Shown one piece after another: positions 41,701 to 55,114 of a stretch of 64,000 nt of DNA (its first letter is position 1; each line of letters begins with the position of its first letter). The DNA comes from Eledone cirrhosa (Eukaryota): assembly GCA_964016885.1 (NCBI GenBank), contig OZ024747.1:69998001-70062000 (forward strand), written 5' to 3'. The translations under genes were made by a program, and so were the position numbers. The notes under the pieces are model-generated. The model saw nothing but the letters and a program-made list of their open reading frames with translations. It was not told where the DNA came from and did not search any database.

Positions 41701-41856
41701 ACATATGGATTAGTAGAATCAAATGGGATTTTAAAGTGATATCTGGTCCTTGCATTTATGGTCTCTGCTGTTGGAAACCTGTGGCATTGAAAATCTCCAA
41801 TGCCAGACAGCAGTAAACAACACTGACATGTGCATCAAGCAAGTTATATATATGTA

Positions 41857-41908
<52 letters not shown>

Positions 41909-42085
41909 AGAAGAAACAGAAAGATAGATGAGAGTAAGGAAAGAAAGAAAATGTAGAAAACATTTTTTCCAGGAGGAAAACACATCAGCCATTTTGGAAG
42001 TTTGCACTTCAGAATGAGGCATATGACTTGGAGGGGAACTTTCTAGGTGCAATTCCCATGGTCATTCATGACTAAAGAGGGTTGG

Positions 42086-42170
<85 letters not shown>

Positions 42171-42240
42171 ATATATATATATACATGTATGTATGCATGT
42201 ATTTATATATGTATGTATGTGCATTTATATATATATAACA

Positions 42241-42438
42241 AAGAAGGTGTGGTAAGATACCAGGTGGACCATAATGCACTAGAGTACTCAATACTTAGAG
42301 TAATAGAGTGGGTAATAGGAAAAGGTCAGGACCCCGACGGCTGAGCTCTGGCTGTTTCGACAGCTAGATCCGAATAGTTCAGATCTAGCTGTCGAAATGG
42401 ACAGAGCTCAGCCGTCGGGGTCTTGACTCTTTTCCTAT
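42241..42438. repeat. Fold-back repeat family D
   Basis: Arms about 42316-42372 and 42379-42438; related pieces at 6142-6235 and 13292-13350. Confidence 0.8.
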
Positions 42439-42819
42439 GTATACAGGAGAAAAAAAGCAAGAGAGAAGGAAAGAGAAAAGAGAGTAAGGTGTAAGAAATA
42501 CAACATTTAATTCTGAAGATATTAGACTATTTAATTAACAATTTCAGCATATAGGGCTAACAAGTCAATCACTGGTTCAATGCATTGTCAAAAGTGAAAG
42601 AGACAAAAGATGTTTGTACACTTGGTTATTGAAAACTGGCTATCCATCCATAGAACTCTTTCCAAGTACAGTTTCAGGAAGTTTGTTTTATATATTAATA
42701 GACACTTCTGGTCAAATATGCACATACCCATTCAAATTTGGATAATTAGAATTTGGAAAAGTTTGCCCCTATATTATGTAAATATGTAAATTTTACAAAT
42801 CATTCTACTCATGAAACTA

Positions 42820-43600
42820 AATATAAATGAGAAAGTAGAATTTGAATGATTAAGATTTAAAATAGAAGAAATTAAAGAAGGAAAAAAAGAAAGAAAACTA
42901 GAGTAGTGTAAAGAGGTAGAATTGAAAGAAGGAAAGAAGCAAACAAACAAATCAATGAAAGAAAAAGTAAAAGATGTAACGGAAAGAAAAAGATGTAACG
43001 GAAAGAAAAAGATGAAAGAAAGGAATGTAAAATGAAAGAAACAATGATTCAAAGAAATGAAGAAAAAGAAGAGAAAGAACATATATAAAGAAGGGAAAAG
43101 AGAAGGATGAAATGAAGGAAGAATGTAAATGACTGAAAAAAAGAAAAGCTGAGAAAGAAGGAATGGAAGAGGTAAACAGAATAATTAAAGAAGAAAGAAT
43201 GAATGAAAGCAAGAAATAATGGAAAAATGAAGCAAAAAGGAAGAAATGAAAGAAACAAAGAAACAAAGAAACAAAGAAACAAAGAAAGGTGAAAAATATG
43301 AAAGGAAAAATAAATACAGAAAAGAAGGAAAAATGAAAGAAGACAATAAAAAATGAAAGACAAAATGAAAGCAAGAGAAAAACAGAAAACGGAAGGAGAA
43401 ATTAAAGAAAGGAAATAGATGAAAGAATTAAAGAATGGGAAGGATGAAATGAAAAAGGCACAAAAATGAGAAAAAATAAAAAAAAGAACAAAAGCATGAA
43501 AAAAAGAAAGAAATATGAAATGATTGAACTGTGAATTAAAGAAAATAAGAAATAAAGAAAGGAACTAACAAGAAAAATAAATGAAATAAATTAATAAATA
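42820..43600 (+). repeat. Purine-rich (GAAA-like) low-complexity tract
   Basis: Almost entirely A/G on the + strand. Confidence 0.85.
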
Positions 43601-43805
43601 ATAGTGAGAGTGACAAATGAAATTATGTAGATTCACATATTGTTTACCTTCCTTCTTTATGTAGACACATAAACATACCATAATCATTTAATGTCCATGT
43701 TTTGCATGCTGGCACATACATAGACACGCATACACACATATATATATATAAATTAATAAAAACAATGAAATAAAAACAAAGAACAAGTTCCTTATATTAA
43801 AAAAT

Positions 43806-43941
43806 TCATCATTTTACGATCGTTTCTAGGCTGTATATGTGTGTTGGTATGTATATCATATAGATCTATGTAAAAATATTACAAATTATCAGAAGAAATA
43901 TACATACCTTCACATATACATGCTGTCTTCAGAAATGATGA
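43806..43941 (-). ncRNA. Hammerhead ribozyme with very long stem II
   Basis: Stem I TCATCATTT/AAATGATGA, CTGAAGA, about 99-nt stem II domain, GAAA-CGATCG-TA. Confidence 0.8.
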
Positions 43942-44645
43942 GATTTGTTTATCGAAAAAAAAAACAACAAAGATTTAATATAAAAGGTCTATTTGGGAAC
44001 AGGTTTTGAATTGACTAATAGAAAAGTAGTTAGAGGTCAAGTTGATAGAATAGTGTTAGTAGAAATTTAATTTAGAGGAGTGCAGACTTATGTTTTGAAT
44101 GAAAAGAATACTTTGAATGAGAAGAATACTTTGGGGATGAAAAGAGGTCAAGCCAGTGAAGGGTACACGAACATTTGATGTTATTAAAGAATGTTAAAAA
44201 CGAAATAAAATGAAATTTTAGGGTAAGGATATTAGTGAGAAATACCAATCTTATTTAAATCACAAGGAATCTAGATCTCTAACAAGAAATTAAATTAATT
44301 GATAGGTATACTTATAAGGATAAATTTATATTAATTCATATGAATGTGATAAATAAGAATTACATGTTATTAAAGAGTGTTGTTAAAAAACGAAGGAAAG
44401 TAAAATTTTGGGATACGGGTAATAGTGAGAAATATCAATCTTATATAAACTACAAGGAATCTAGATTCATAACAGGAAATTAAATTAATTTATAGGTATA
44501 ATTTTAGGTATTAATTTTAGGAAAAGAGAGCTGTAAGAGGGAAATAAAATTATGAAATTCTTTGTTTTAAAGTACTAATTATAGGTTAACTAAATTTAAA
44601 AAAACTAATTATAATAATATGTAAAATATAAGTGTAAGGTGTATA

Positions 44646-47211
44646 TTAATTAGGTTTATAATATTTAAAGGTTCTTCTAATTCTATGATTGCAAGATATA
44701 ATTAATTCCTGTCCCTTATTTAATAGGATATCCTTAGATTTCATGATTTCAAAAAGTTCCTGGGAGCATAACCTACACTCGTATCTGTTATTTTGATAAG
44801 GGGTGGCCCTTTTGAGCACACTCCAGGTCAGGTTGTAATCGATATTCTTCTTTCTATCATTATTAATTGTTTCAGCCAAGGATGTTGTATTAGCTAATGC
44901 GTCATTTTTAAAACTATGTTTGTGGGTATTAAATCTTACTTTAAATTGGTTAGACGTAGCTCCTATATATGAATAAGTGGAGTCCTTAGTGCTAATTTTA
45001 CATTTATAGACAATTTATTAATAAGACAATTTCCATTTAATGGGCAATTTCTTTTGATTCTACAGTTACAACCATTCGTGAATATTATATCAGGGGAGTT
45101 AGTCAAATTTGGTGTGGAATTTACTCGACTTGTTATAGATGAAGGAGATGGTGGTTTGTTGCGGTTTATTTTAGTATTATGGTTGGTTTGATGTGTTGGT
45201 GGTATATTTGTGTGTGTGTTTTTTACATTTATATGCGTTGTACGCACTTATATTTTGTTGTATATTTTTGATAGTGGAGTAGGAACATTTGACAGTTGAT
45301 CTATTTAAAATTTGATGGTCTTTATGGTTTGGCGGGAAGTTTTTCTCTAGGATAGTAAACAATTTTTTAGGGATATTATCTTTAATTTGTAGATTAAATG
45401 GAGCATTATACCAAGTAACCCGTCTAATACGGTTTCGATATTGTTTTTTTTATATTTATACGGTGTATCACGATGTTTACTAAGAGAGTTACTATTAGTG
45501 AATTTATTATATATAGGTTTAGTTAGATTAACTGATTTAGGTGTTTTAGTCTGATTACTAGGAATGTTGTTAGTAATGTTGTTAACATATATTGGAGTAT
45601 TAGGATGAATGATTTTTTTAAAGTCATTATATTTTATGTGAGAAGAGGTAGAGAAATTAAGTTTTAGGTTGGTATTTTGGGGTGTAGTATGAGTGGCATT
45701 TAGGTGTGGGTTTTTCATTTGGTGTTTGTTGGTTATATTGGGTTGTATGTTTGAAGTATTATTGGTGAAAGGTATATAGACTAATTTGTTTTTGAGGCCG
45801 CTTCTAGCTAAAACTTCGTTACAAAAGGGCGCGTTTTTATCGAATACATCCTGGTTAGATGAAAGGTTAGAGATTCTGAATGAGATATTATATGCTAGGT
45901 TTTTAAGGATAGATCTAGGGTGATTAGATTGTGAGTGTATGTAATGTAAGTTTTGGTTAGGTTTATGGTAAGGTTGGTAGATACCCGTAGATAAGTCTAA
46001 AGTTATATCTAGGAAATTGACTATTTTACTGGTGTTTTCAAATGTAATAGTGAGATTGTAATACTCTTTGAGGAAAGTTCTAATAAGTTTTTTATTTTTT
46101 TCAATTTCTAATAGGCTAAGATTAGTGGAAAGAAGAAGACAGTCATCACGATATAAACCAAGTTTAAGGTGGGGAAAGATGATTCAATGGTAAATAGAAG
46201 AAAGAGGCCCACAAGATCGGTAATTTGGGAGGAATCACTAGAGCCCATAGTAATGTCGAAGGGATTACTATATATATTTCTGGTCCAGTATTCCTTCTGA
46301 AATTCCAGTAGTGTTTGTCTAGCGTGCGTGATAATATTAATGTCATCCATAGTTAAGTGTGATCTATTTTTGGCAAATATCAAGGCTTTGTTCAGGAGTA
46401 TGGGTGATATATAGGAATAATAAGCATCTATATCAAATTGTAGAAATGAAGCAGATGATTTATTTCTAATATTAGTAAACCAGTTAATTACTTGGGATGT
46501 GTTTTCCCAGAGTGGTAAATTAACGTGTTTTCTTAATTGTGGGATGATTCTATCTAAAAAAAATTTTCTAATGATGCCAATGTCACACTTGGAAGTCTTA
46601 TAGAAGGATTAGAGTTAAAGTTAGATTTGTGATATTTCAGGTTAAAGTGTGTTTTTTTTCAGAGCCAAAGGTTCAGTTCTGTCTTCAATATTGAGGAAAG
46701 TTCAATTTGAGGAAAGTTCTAATAAGTTTTTTTAGAAAATATTGAGTTTATTTACTATGTTGTATGTTTTGTTGTTTATTTGTTTTTTTAATAATTTTTC
46801 CTGAGTTCTTTATAAATGAACTCATTGTAATTATCAATATCCATGTGGTATAGATTTCCAGTTTTGTCTGAGTGGACATGGACTTTACTAGATTTTTTTA
46901 GATCCAATAGGGTAAAGTCAAGATCCTTTTGAAAATTAGATTTATATTTCTTAAATCTGAGGTGTTTGATTAAGTTAAATAGGTTTTTCTCGAAGTTTTC
47001 AAGGAAGGAGTTGTGTGGTTGGTTCTAATATGTGGTGAAATCATATAAATATTTCTTATCATTACGTTTTGTTTTTTTATCAAAGTGGTAGGCCCCCCAT
47101 CTGACCCTTTTGATGAATTGGTTGGTTTTTTTGTATCATAAGAAGTAAGAATTCGTCCTTAGAATGTATCGGTATATTCTTTAAAGAAGTTCCCAAATAT
47201 TGTTTTTCCAT
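44646..47211 (-). pseudogene. Penelope/Naiad RT-GIY-YIG ORF, frameshifted
   Basis: MEKQYLGTSLKNIP, FIKRVRW, SDKTGN, QFDIDAYY, FDITMGS, LYRDD, NFLDITLDL, SNHP, CNCx4CPLNGNC, VYKC...YIG, CRLC, LLNK, SCNH. Confidence 0.9.
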
Positions 47212-47566
47212 TGTAATATGGATAATGGACAAGAAAGAGAGCTCAACTATATATATAGGGAGTCATAAAATTATGTATATATATATAAAAAATATATATT
47301 AAAATATGAATACCTGTATAAAATTAGGAGCAAAGTATGTAGATAAATCTACCAAAATATACGGTAGTGTCAAATCCGTATGAAGAACTCAATGTAATCC
47401 AAATGTCATGAAAAGAGAAGATGCATTCAAAAATTTTCGATGAAAATCATAGGAAAACAGAGTCAAGATAAATTAATAAAAACAATGAAATAAAAACAAA
47501 GAACAAGTTCCTTATTAAAAAATTCATCATTTTACAATAATTTCATCATTTTTCAATAAACAAATC

Positions 47567-47702
47567 TCATCATTTCTGAAGACAGCATGTATATGTGAAG
47601 GTATGTATATTTCCTCTGATAATTTGTAATATTTTTACATAGATCTATATGATATACATACCAACACACATATACAGCCTAGAAACGATCGTAAAATGAT
47701 GA
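47567..47702 (+). ncRNA. Hammerhead ribozyme with very long stem II (inverted pLTR copy)
   Basis: CTGAAGA at 47576, GAAA at 47682, predicted GUA cleavage after 47693. Confidence 0.8.
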
Positions 47703-47994
47703 ATTTTTTAATATAAGGAACTTGTTCTTTGTTTTTATTTCATTGTTTATATTAATTTATCTTGACTCTGTTTTTCTATGATTTTCATCAAAAATTTTTG
47801 AATGCATCTTCTCTTTTCATGATATTTGGATTACATTGAGTTCTTCATACGGATTGGACACTACCGTATATTTTGGTAGATTTATCTACATATATATATA
47901 TGCACACATATACATATATATATATACACGCACATATATATATACACACACATATATATATACACATATATATATACACACACATATATATATA

Positions 47995-48891
47995 TGAGGT
48001 GTGTCAGAGAAGTTCCAGGACTGATGTCACAAAAGATTTATTTCAAACCCAAACTTCACACTAAGAGTTTTCTCCTTCAAAGTAAACCCCCTGGAGTCTA
48101 ATGCACCTTTCAATCCTTTTCTGCCACGCTTGCATGCACTCCTGGAAGGATTCTTCCGGGATCCTCCGCAGTTCCGTCGTCACGGCCTTTTTGATGTTGT
48201 CCACGTCTTCAAAACGGGTCCCCTCCGAGTTGTACTCGAAGATCCATGACTCATCACCAGTGATGACTGTCCCTAACAAGTCTGGTCCGGTTTCAAGACG
48301 CTTGAGGGTGTCCTGGCACACTTGCATGCGTCAACCCTTCTAGTCATCGCTCAGCAGTTTTGGCACCATCTTCGCGCAGACTTTCCGCATGTCCAAATCT
48401 TCAGTGAAAATCGTCCAGACGCTGTCCCGACTCACGCCCAGCTCATTTGCCATCAGTCAAACAGTCAGCCGACGATCGCTCCGCACCATCTGCCTGACGC
48501 GCTCAACGTTGACCTCAGTCCTGGTTGTTGAAGGCCTTCCGCTCCTGGGGTCATCTTCCACGTCCTCGCGTCCTTCTTTAAACCTCTTGTACCACTCAAA
48601 AACATGTGAGCGTGTCATCGTCTCATCTCCATACACTTGCTGCAGCAATCCCAGTGCTTCTGACGGAGTTTTCAAGTTTGTTCGTTGCTCTGTGCTCATT
48701 GCTTGACGACCTGAAACAGAGGACATGTATATAATATTATGAAGAAAAAAGTTTGATCGCTGCAGAGCTAAGATTACAGTTACCTACTCCAGGGGGATTA
48801 CTTTGAAGGAGAAAACTCTTAGTGTGAAGTTTGGGTTTGATATAAATCTTTTGTGACATCAGTCCTCCTGGAACTTTTCTGACACACCTCG
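47995..48891 (-). mobile_element. Internally deleted mariner with about 100-bp TIRs, flanked by TA
   Basis: VFEWYKRFKEGREDVEDDPRSGRP, MVPKLL, ITGDESW, YFEG; TIRs 47995-48097 and 48786-48891. Confidence 0.92.
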
Positions 48892-48943
48892 TATACACAC
48901 ACACATATATATATACACACACACACATATATACGCACACAGC

Positions 48944-48975
<32 letters not shown>

Positions 48976-50477
48976 AAGGGAATGTAACGTCCAGTTACTG
49001 TAGGTTCACCAGAGTGAGCACTCAATGCGTAGTTTCTTGTATCATTTGGTAGAGATGAAAAAAAGGGATACCTCCAAGGAATTAAACCCTGCATGTTTGG
49101 ATTCCAGTTGAGTGCATTAACCACTACTCTAAAGAATTGCAGGCCACCAATGCTCTCAATTTAGGAGAATTTAAGCCTAGAGTCAAAAGTGTAAACAAAA
49201 TGGTTGACTTAAGGAGAATTGGAAAATTTGAAATCTGGGCCAAGCAAGAAGTAACATTTTGATTTGGAACCACCATCCCAAATGAGCATAACTCTTCACC
49301 ACAGTTTCCCTAACCTCAATATACTTTTCCATGCATGTGCGCACACACATACACACACATTTAATCATCACATACATATTCCCAGCTTCTACACACATGC
49401 CCACACCATAAGAACACACACACACACTTACACAACATTGTTATGCACCACCCACAAATGTATATACCTCTGTACACACATAACTCTTACATCCCTCATC
49501 ACACACAGGTATTCACCCCATTCAACCCATCGGTCCCACAACACACAATATTTAGCCTTCCATGCATACACACACACATTATTGCATAATATATACATCC
49601 CTTTCCATGATCACTCTGCACCACTTATACCACTCCCTCTAACTCTGCTCCATTCTCATACATTTAGGTGCATGTGTATGTAAGTGTGTATATATGTAAG
49701 CATATGCTTATATAGATGTATATTTATGATTGTACTTGTGGCTGTCATATGTATTACTGTCATATGTATTACTAACTGCACATATGTACATCGCTTCAGT
49801 GTACTTCTTTTTTGTACATGTGCGTTTGTTGCTGGTGCATGGTGCTGTGTTTACCTGATGCCTTTTGTTGGGACCATTTCAGCATCAGTTTAACATGGCA
49901 GCTTGCATGCAAGAGCCACTGCCTTCACCTCCTCTTTACCACCTAAGAATTGCCTCTACCAGTATATGAGCTTGTATATGTATGCACAAGTACTTATGTA
50001 AGTTTTCCCAAGCTCACATATGCATACCTACCTGACAGGTAAGATCACTCTGGTACATAAACAACACTACACAGAAAATATCTCTTCAACCACAACATGG
50101 TATAACATACATTATCACCTTCATACCCTCAAAGCTTTGTACAAATAAACAATCACATATACATACATGCACAACAGAAATTCTAACTTCACAATGCTTA
50201 TCTCCCTTCATGTAATTCTTTAATATATGTGACCTGGTCAGACCTGCACTTTTCCAACATGGCTGACTAACTAAACACTTGTTTTCCTCCTGAAACGTCT
50301 TTTCCCATTTTCTTTCTTTTCTTACTATCTTGTCTATCTTTCTCTTTCTTATCCTTTCTCTCATTTTGTCTCTTGATAGAAGACTCACACATGAAACAAT
50401 ATCACTCTTTCCTACAATATCAAGCATTAAGCTTATATATATCTTCATATTCATTATCTTATGTGCTTTTACCTTGT

Positions 50478-50551
<74 letters not shown>

Positions 50552-50561
50552 CGTATATATG

Positions 50562-50658
<97 letters not shown>

Positions 50659-51499
50659 ATGTATATATATATATATATGTATAGTGATGTGTGTGTATGT
50701 ATATATAGTATACAGGTGTCAATATACACATAAACACTTCCATAAGCACCTACATATATATGTATAGATTTGTGTGTGTGTGTGTGTGTATTTTGATGAC
50801 AGGAAAGGTAAACTTCAGTTTGACACACTCATTTATCGGTAACAGTTTGTTTTTGTTAGTAGCTATCTGGCCAGGACGTCTATCAATTAAGTCCTTATTT
50901 CTTACAAACCTTTGACTTCATATCAATCCTGCACTGTTATTCCAATGTATCACTCCATCAAAAGGTTACGACACACAGTGGTTAGTGTGTTATTAATTAT
51001 TACAGAAAGGCCATAACGGCCATCACAATGTACTCAGATAGATCACTTACTATTACTTGCATTGTCACAAATTAGTTTATTAACTTTGCAATCGAAGCAT
51101 CACCAGTCAATAGTCAATCAATCAAAATCTGCATGATAAGTGTGCAACTGCTCCCGACGATGCATTAACGAACATATATATTAATCATGCTGTTGTATAA
51201 TTAGTAAGTTAATTCTTAGTAGGTCATCATCTTTCTGATAGTTCACTGGCAAAATTTGCGGTCAAGTCAAGTCCTCTATAATGATTTGTGTGTCTGCTTA
51301 ATGTCTTCAAGTATATATATTTATATACATACATACATATATATATATACATATACATATGTGTGTGTGTGTGTCATACACATACAGACTCACTCACACT
51401 ATCACACGCGCATACATATATATGTATAAAATAAATATGTATCATGTATTTATATTACATATGTATATATATCATATATATGTAATATGAATATATAAC

Positions 51500-51601
<102 letters not shown>

Positions 51602-51669
51602 CGAGTTGAGTTTTATTGTAGCAAAATAAAGCAATATATATATATACATACATATATATATATACATAC

Positions 51670-51723
<54 letters not shown>

Positions 51724-52302
51724 CCTCATCATCATCATCATTTTACATACGCTTTTCCCTATGTCTATGTGTGTGTATATATATGTATGTGTGTGTAAAT
51801 GCATACTTCCATATACACACACACACACACACACATAGTCATAGTGTGGGAAACTATACAAGAAGGTGGTAATCAGGTTCATACAGGCAAACATTCAAAC
51901 TCACAAGCATACACAAGAGGAGATGTTGATGTGGATATGTCAAAATGCAGTAAAATATTCAAACACCTTTACATACAGCTGCTTCAGATGTGGCTTTCAA
52001 TTTGAGTCGATCTTCTTATTAAATAGGCTAGAGTCAAGAAATTAGTGACAAAAGTCTCTTACTAAGAAATTTCACTTTTAATTAACAGCTGACTAATTAA
52101 CTTCCCAAGCTCCCCTTATGAATTCTGCTGCTGCTTGTCATTGATTGAGATATATTTCACCAACAATGATCATGATTATGGAAATAAACACATATTATAA
52201 CAGTATGAAATAAACAAGGTTATACACAAAGGCACACACAGGCTCACACACACACATATATGTATGCATACATATACATACATATATATATATACATACA
52301 TA

Positions 52303-52349
<47 letters not shown>

Positions 52350-52351
52350 GC

Positions 52352-52382
<31 letters not shown>

Positions 52383-52639
52383 CATGCATATATATATACA
52401 TATATATATGTAAATATATATATACATATATATATACATATATACATACATATATATATACATATATACATGCATATATATATACATATATACATGCATA
52501 TATATATACATATATATATACATGCATATATATACATATATATATACAAACATATATATACATATATATACATATATATACATGCATATATATATATATA
52601 CATATATATTGATATATATATACACATACATATATATAT

Positions 52640-53400
52640 ATGATGGCTGCCCCCTCGTTATCGAGTATGGCCATTGCACGAGGAGAAAACAAAAAAAAAC
52701 AACATAATAATAACAATAATAATAATAATAGCAACAATAATAATAACGACAACAACAACAATAATAATATACATATATATATATATACACACACACACGC
52801 ACACACTTAAACATATCTATACACTCACACATGATAGCAATTAACAGCGCTGCAATCGAATGTGGCTTTTTAGCCCAGCCAATGATCTAAAATGTCTTGC
52901 ACAGAGTGGGAATAGCCGGCTGTGGTTGGAGTTCATGTACTTTTGCATGTCATTTGAGCCCTCCTGCTGATTTACATTCTCAAGCATGATGAGTAGTATC
53001 TCCAACAGCAAGCAGCCTGGTTTATGTGGCGGTCGTTTTCCTTTAACCAACTCTCCATAAAAGAGTTGTTTTGGTATTCTAGAATCCTTCATCCTGGCAA
53101 GGTGACCACTCCAACGGAGACGCTGCTTAAGCACAAGAGCTTCTATACTGTCACACAGAGCTTTCCAAAATCTTGACATCACTGATGTGGTCCCTCCAGT
53201 GAACGCCATGGATCCGTCTGAGACATATCTGATGGAAACGCTCCAATTGCTTAAGGTGGTGTCGATATGTGACCCAGGTCTCGCAGGCATAAAGAAGAGA
53301 AGAGAGCACACATACCTTGTACACCTTTACCTTTGTCTTCTTGCATATGTCTCACCTGCCGGCGAGCAGGCTCCAATCACAAGCTTTCTGACATGATCAT
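52640..53400 (-). mobile_element. RTE (BovB-like) LINE 3' fragment
   Basis: RLRWSGHLARMKDSRIPKQLFYGEL...[15 protein letters not shown]; interrupted by microsatellites. Confidence 0.75.
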
Positions 53401-53983
53401 TGGCCATGTGACAATTCTTAGTCATTCTGAATTCGTTTCTGGCGGGGATCATTTAAGAAAAATCTTTGTCCAATTGAGTTTGTTTCCTGATGATTTCGAA
53501 ACTCGTTGATTTATCCATACTCGGATATTTCCAAAAATCGAATGAAACCCCAAGAGGTAGAAATATGATTTTGGTATGTTTATCTACATTTTTTCTTCTA
53601 ACTTTGATTTTGTACCTAATTGTGTATCGTTAACTATATGTTTAGTCAGTTTCTACGGGCTCTTAGAAATACTAGGTAAATCTTCTGTGGCTGTGGATCG
53701 CAGATAAAATAGCTATCATTTATTTATCTATTGTTTCTTCATAGGTACATTTTAAACTTATAGCCTCGTTTAATTGATTTTTTATGTGGTTGATTATGCT
53801 GATTGGGAGACGAAATATTGTATATATTTTATCAAATGATTCTAAGGACTTACTTTCTTATATATTGCTCTGATTGTTGATTATTTAATTAATTAATTCG
53901 TCACTGAGCCACACCGTGAATGGTTGCCAAAAACATATATATATATATATCTATGGCTCTGTCTAGTTTATTTATATGTAAAC

Positions 53984-54019
<36 letters not shown>

Positions 54020-54085
54020 CCAGCGTGGAAAATGGACGTTAAACGATGATGATAATGATGATGATGATGATATATATGTATATAT

Positions 54086-54130
<45 letters not shown>

Positions 54131-54169
54131 GATATTGACAAATGGAAAGTATATTTATAAAACCATATT

Positions 54170-54234
54170 TATTTCATTATACATATTTCAAGGATACCAA
54201 GTTAAATTATGGTATGCCTTCATCAGACAAAATA
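54170..54234 (-). ncRNA. Hammerhead ribozyme motif, family A, intact core
   Basis: Reverse complement of 54383-54447. Confidence 0.82.
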
Positions 54235-54382
54235 CAATATATACCAGTTTTATAAATAAACATTGACGTACCCTTTCAAAATGCGACCGTTACTTTTGGA
54301 AGACATCAGGATGTCTTCCAAAAGTAACGGTCGCATTTTGAAAGGGTACGTCAATGTTTATTTATAAAACTGGTATATATTG

Positions 54383-54447
54383 TATTTTGTCTGATGAAGG
54401 CATACCATAATTTAACTTGGTATCCTTGAAATATGTATAATGAAATA
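54383..54447 (+). ncRNA. Hammerhead ribozyme motif, family A, intact core
   Basis: Stem I tattttgt/atgaaata, CTGATGA (54391), AGGCATACCA/TGGTATCCTT, GAAA (54428), TATGTA-TA. Confidence 0.82.
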
Positions 54448-54573
54448 AATATGGTTTTATAAATATAGTTTCCATTTGTCAATATCGTATATCTACTCCA
54501 AATACTTGTCGAGTGCTTTATATCAGTTAAAAAATATTTGCTTGTTGTATCCCAACAATTTAAATAGAACTTT

Positions 54574-54625
<52 letters not shown>

Positions 54626-54748
54626 CACATATATATATACACACATATATATATATATATATAAATGTACATACATACATACACACATATGTATATACAT
54701 ATATACACACATATATATATACATATTTATATATATACACATATATAT

Positions 54749-55060
54749 GGAGGCACATGGCTTAGTGGTTAGAGCCTTGCAATCAAAAGGTTGTGAGTTC
54801 AATTCTCAGACCGGGTGATGTGTTGTTTCCTTGAGCAAGACACTTTATTTCACATTGCTCTAGTTTACTCAGGGTCCATATCATTCCACTGCAAAGTGGT
54901 CGTGGAGGTACCACGGCAAAAAAGCACCCAGCACTCACTGTAAATGAGGTTGATGTTAGGAAGGGCATCCAGCTGTAGAAATCAAGCCAGAGACAGTTCC
55001 CGTCCCACCCTTGAAAGCAGAGAAAAAGCGGCCGTAAAATGAAATGATGATGATGATGAT
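54749..55060 (+). mobile_element. tRNA-derived SINE family 2 with RTE-type 3' tail
   Basis: A box TGGCTTAGTGG, B box GAGTTCAATTC, ccttgagcaag core, ttaggaagggcatccagctgtagaaa, (GAT)n. Confidence 0.8.
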
Positions 55061-55068
55061 ATATACAC

Positions 55069-55114
<46 letters not shown>

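Larger units (their letters stand above)
43750..47892 (-). mobile_element. Full-length Penelope-like element (Naiad-type) with 3' pLTR and inverted 5' pLTR
   Basis: RT plus GIY-YIG ORF; terminal repeats at 43750-43960 (-), 47336-47535 (-) and 47551-47892 (+); TA-rich microsatellite on both sides. Confidence 0.9.
54125..54492. repeat. Near-perfect palindrome, 183-bp arms, 2-nt loop
   Basis: Centre catc-ag-gatg at 54308-54309; one mismatch seen (54149/54468). Confidence 0.92.

Noticed and set aside
42774-43374. Phe/Ser/Leu-rich membrane-like ORFs
   Set aside because: Translation of a polypyrimidine tract
44646-45075. Selenocysteine recoding reported for some Naiad elements
   Set aside because: Conserved Cys positions read here are all TGT/TGC; no in-frame TGA at them
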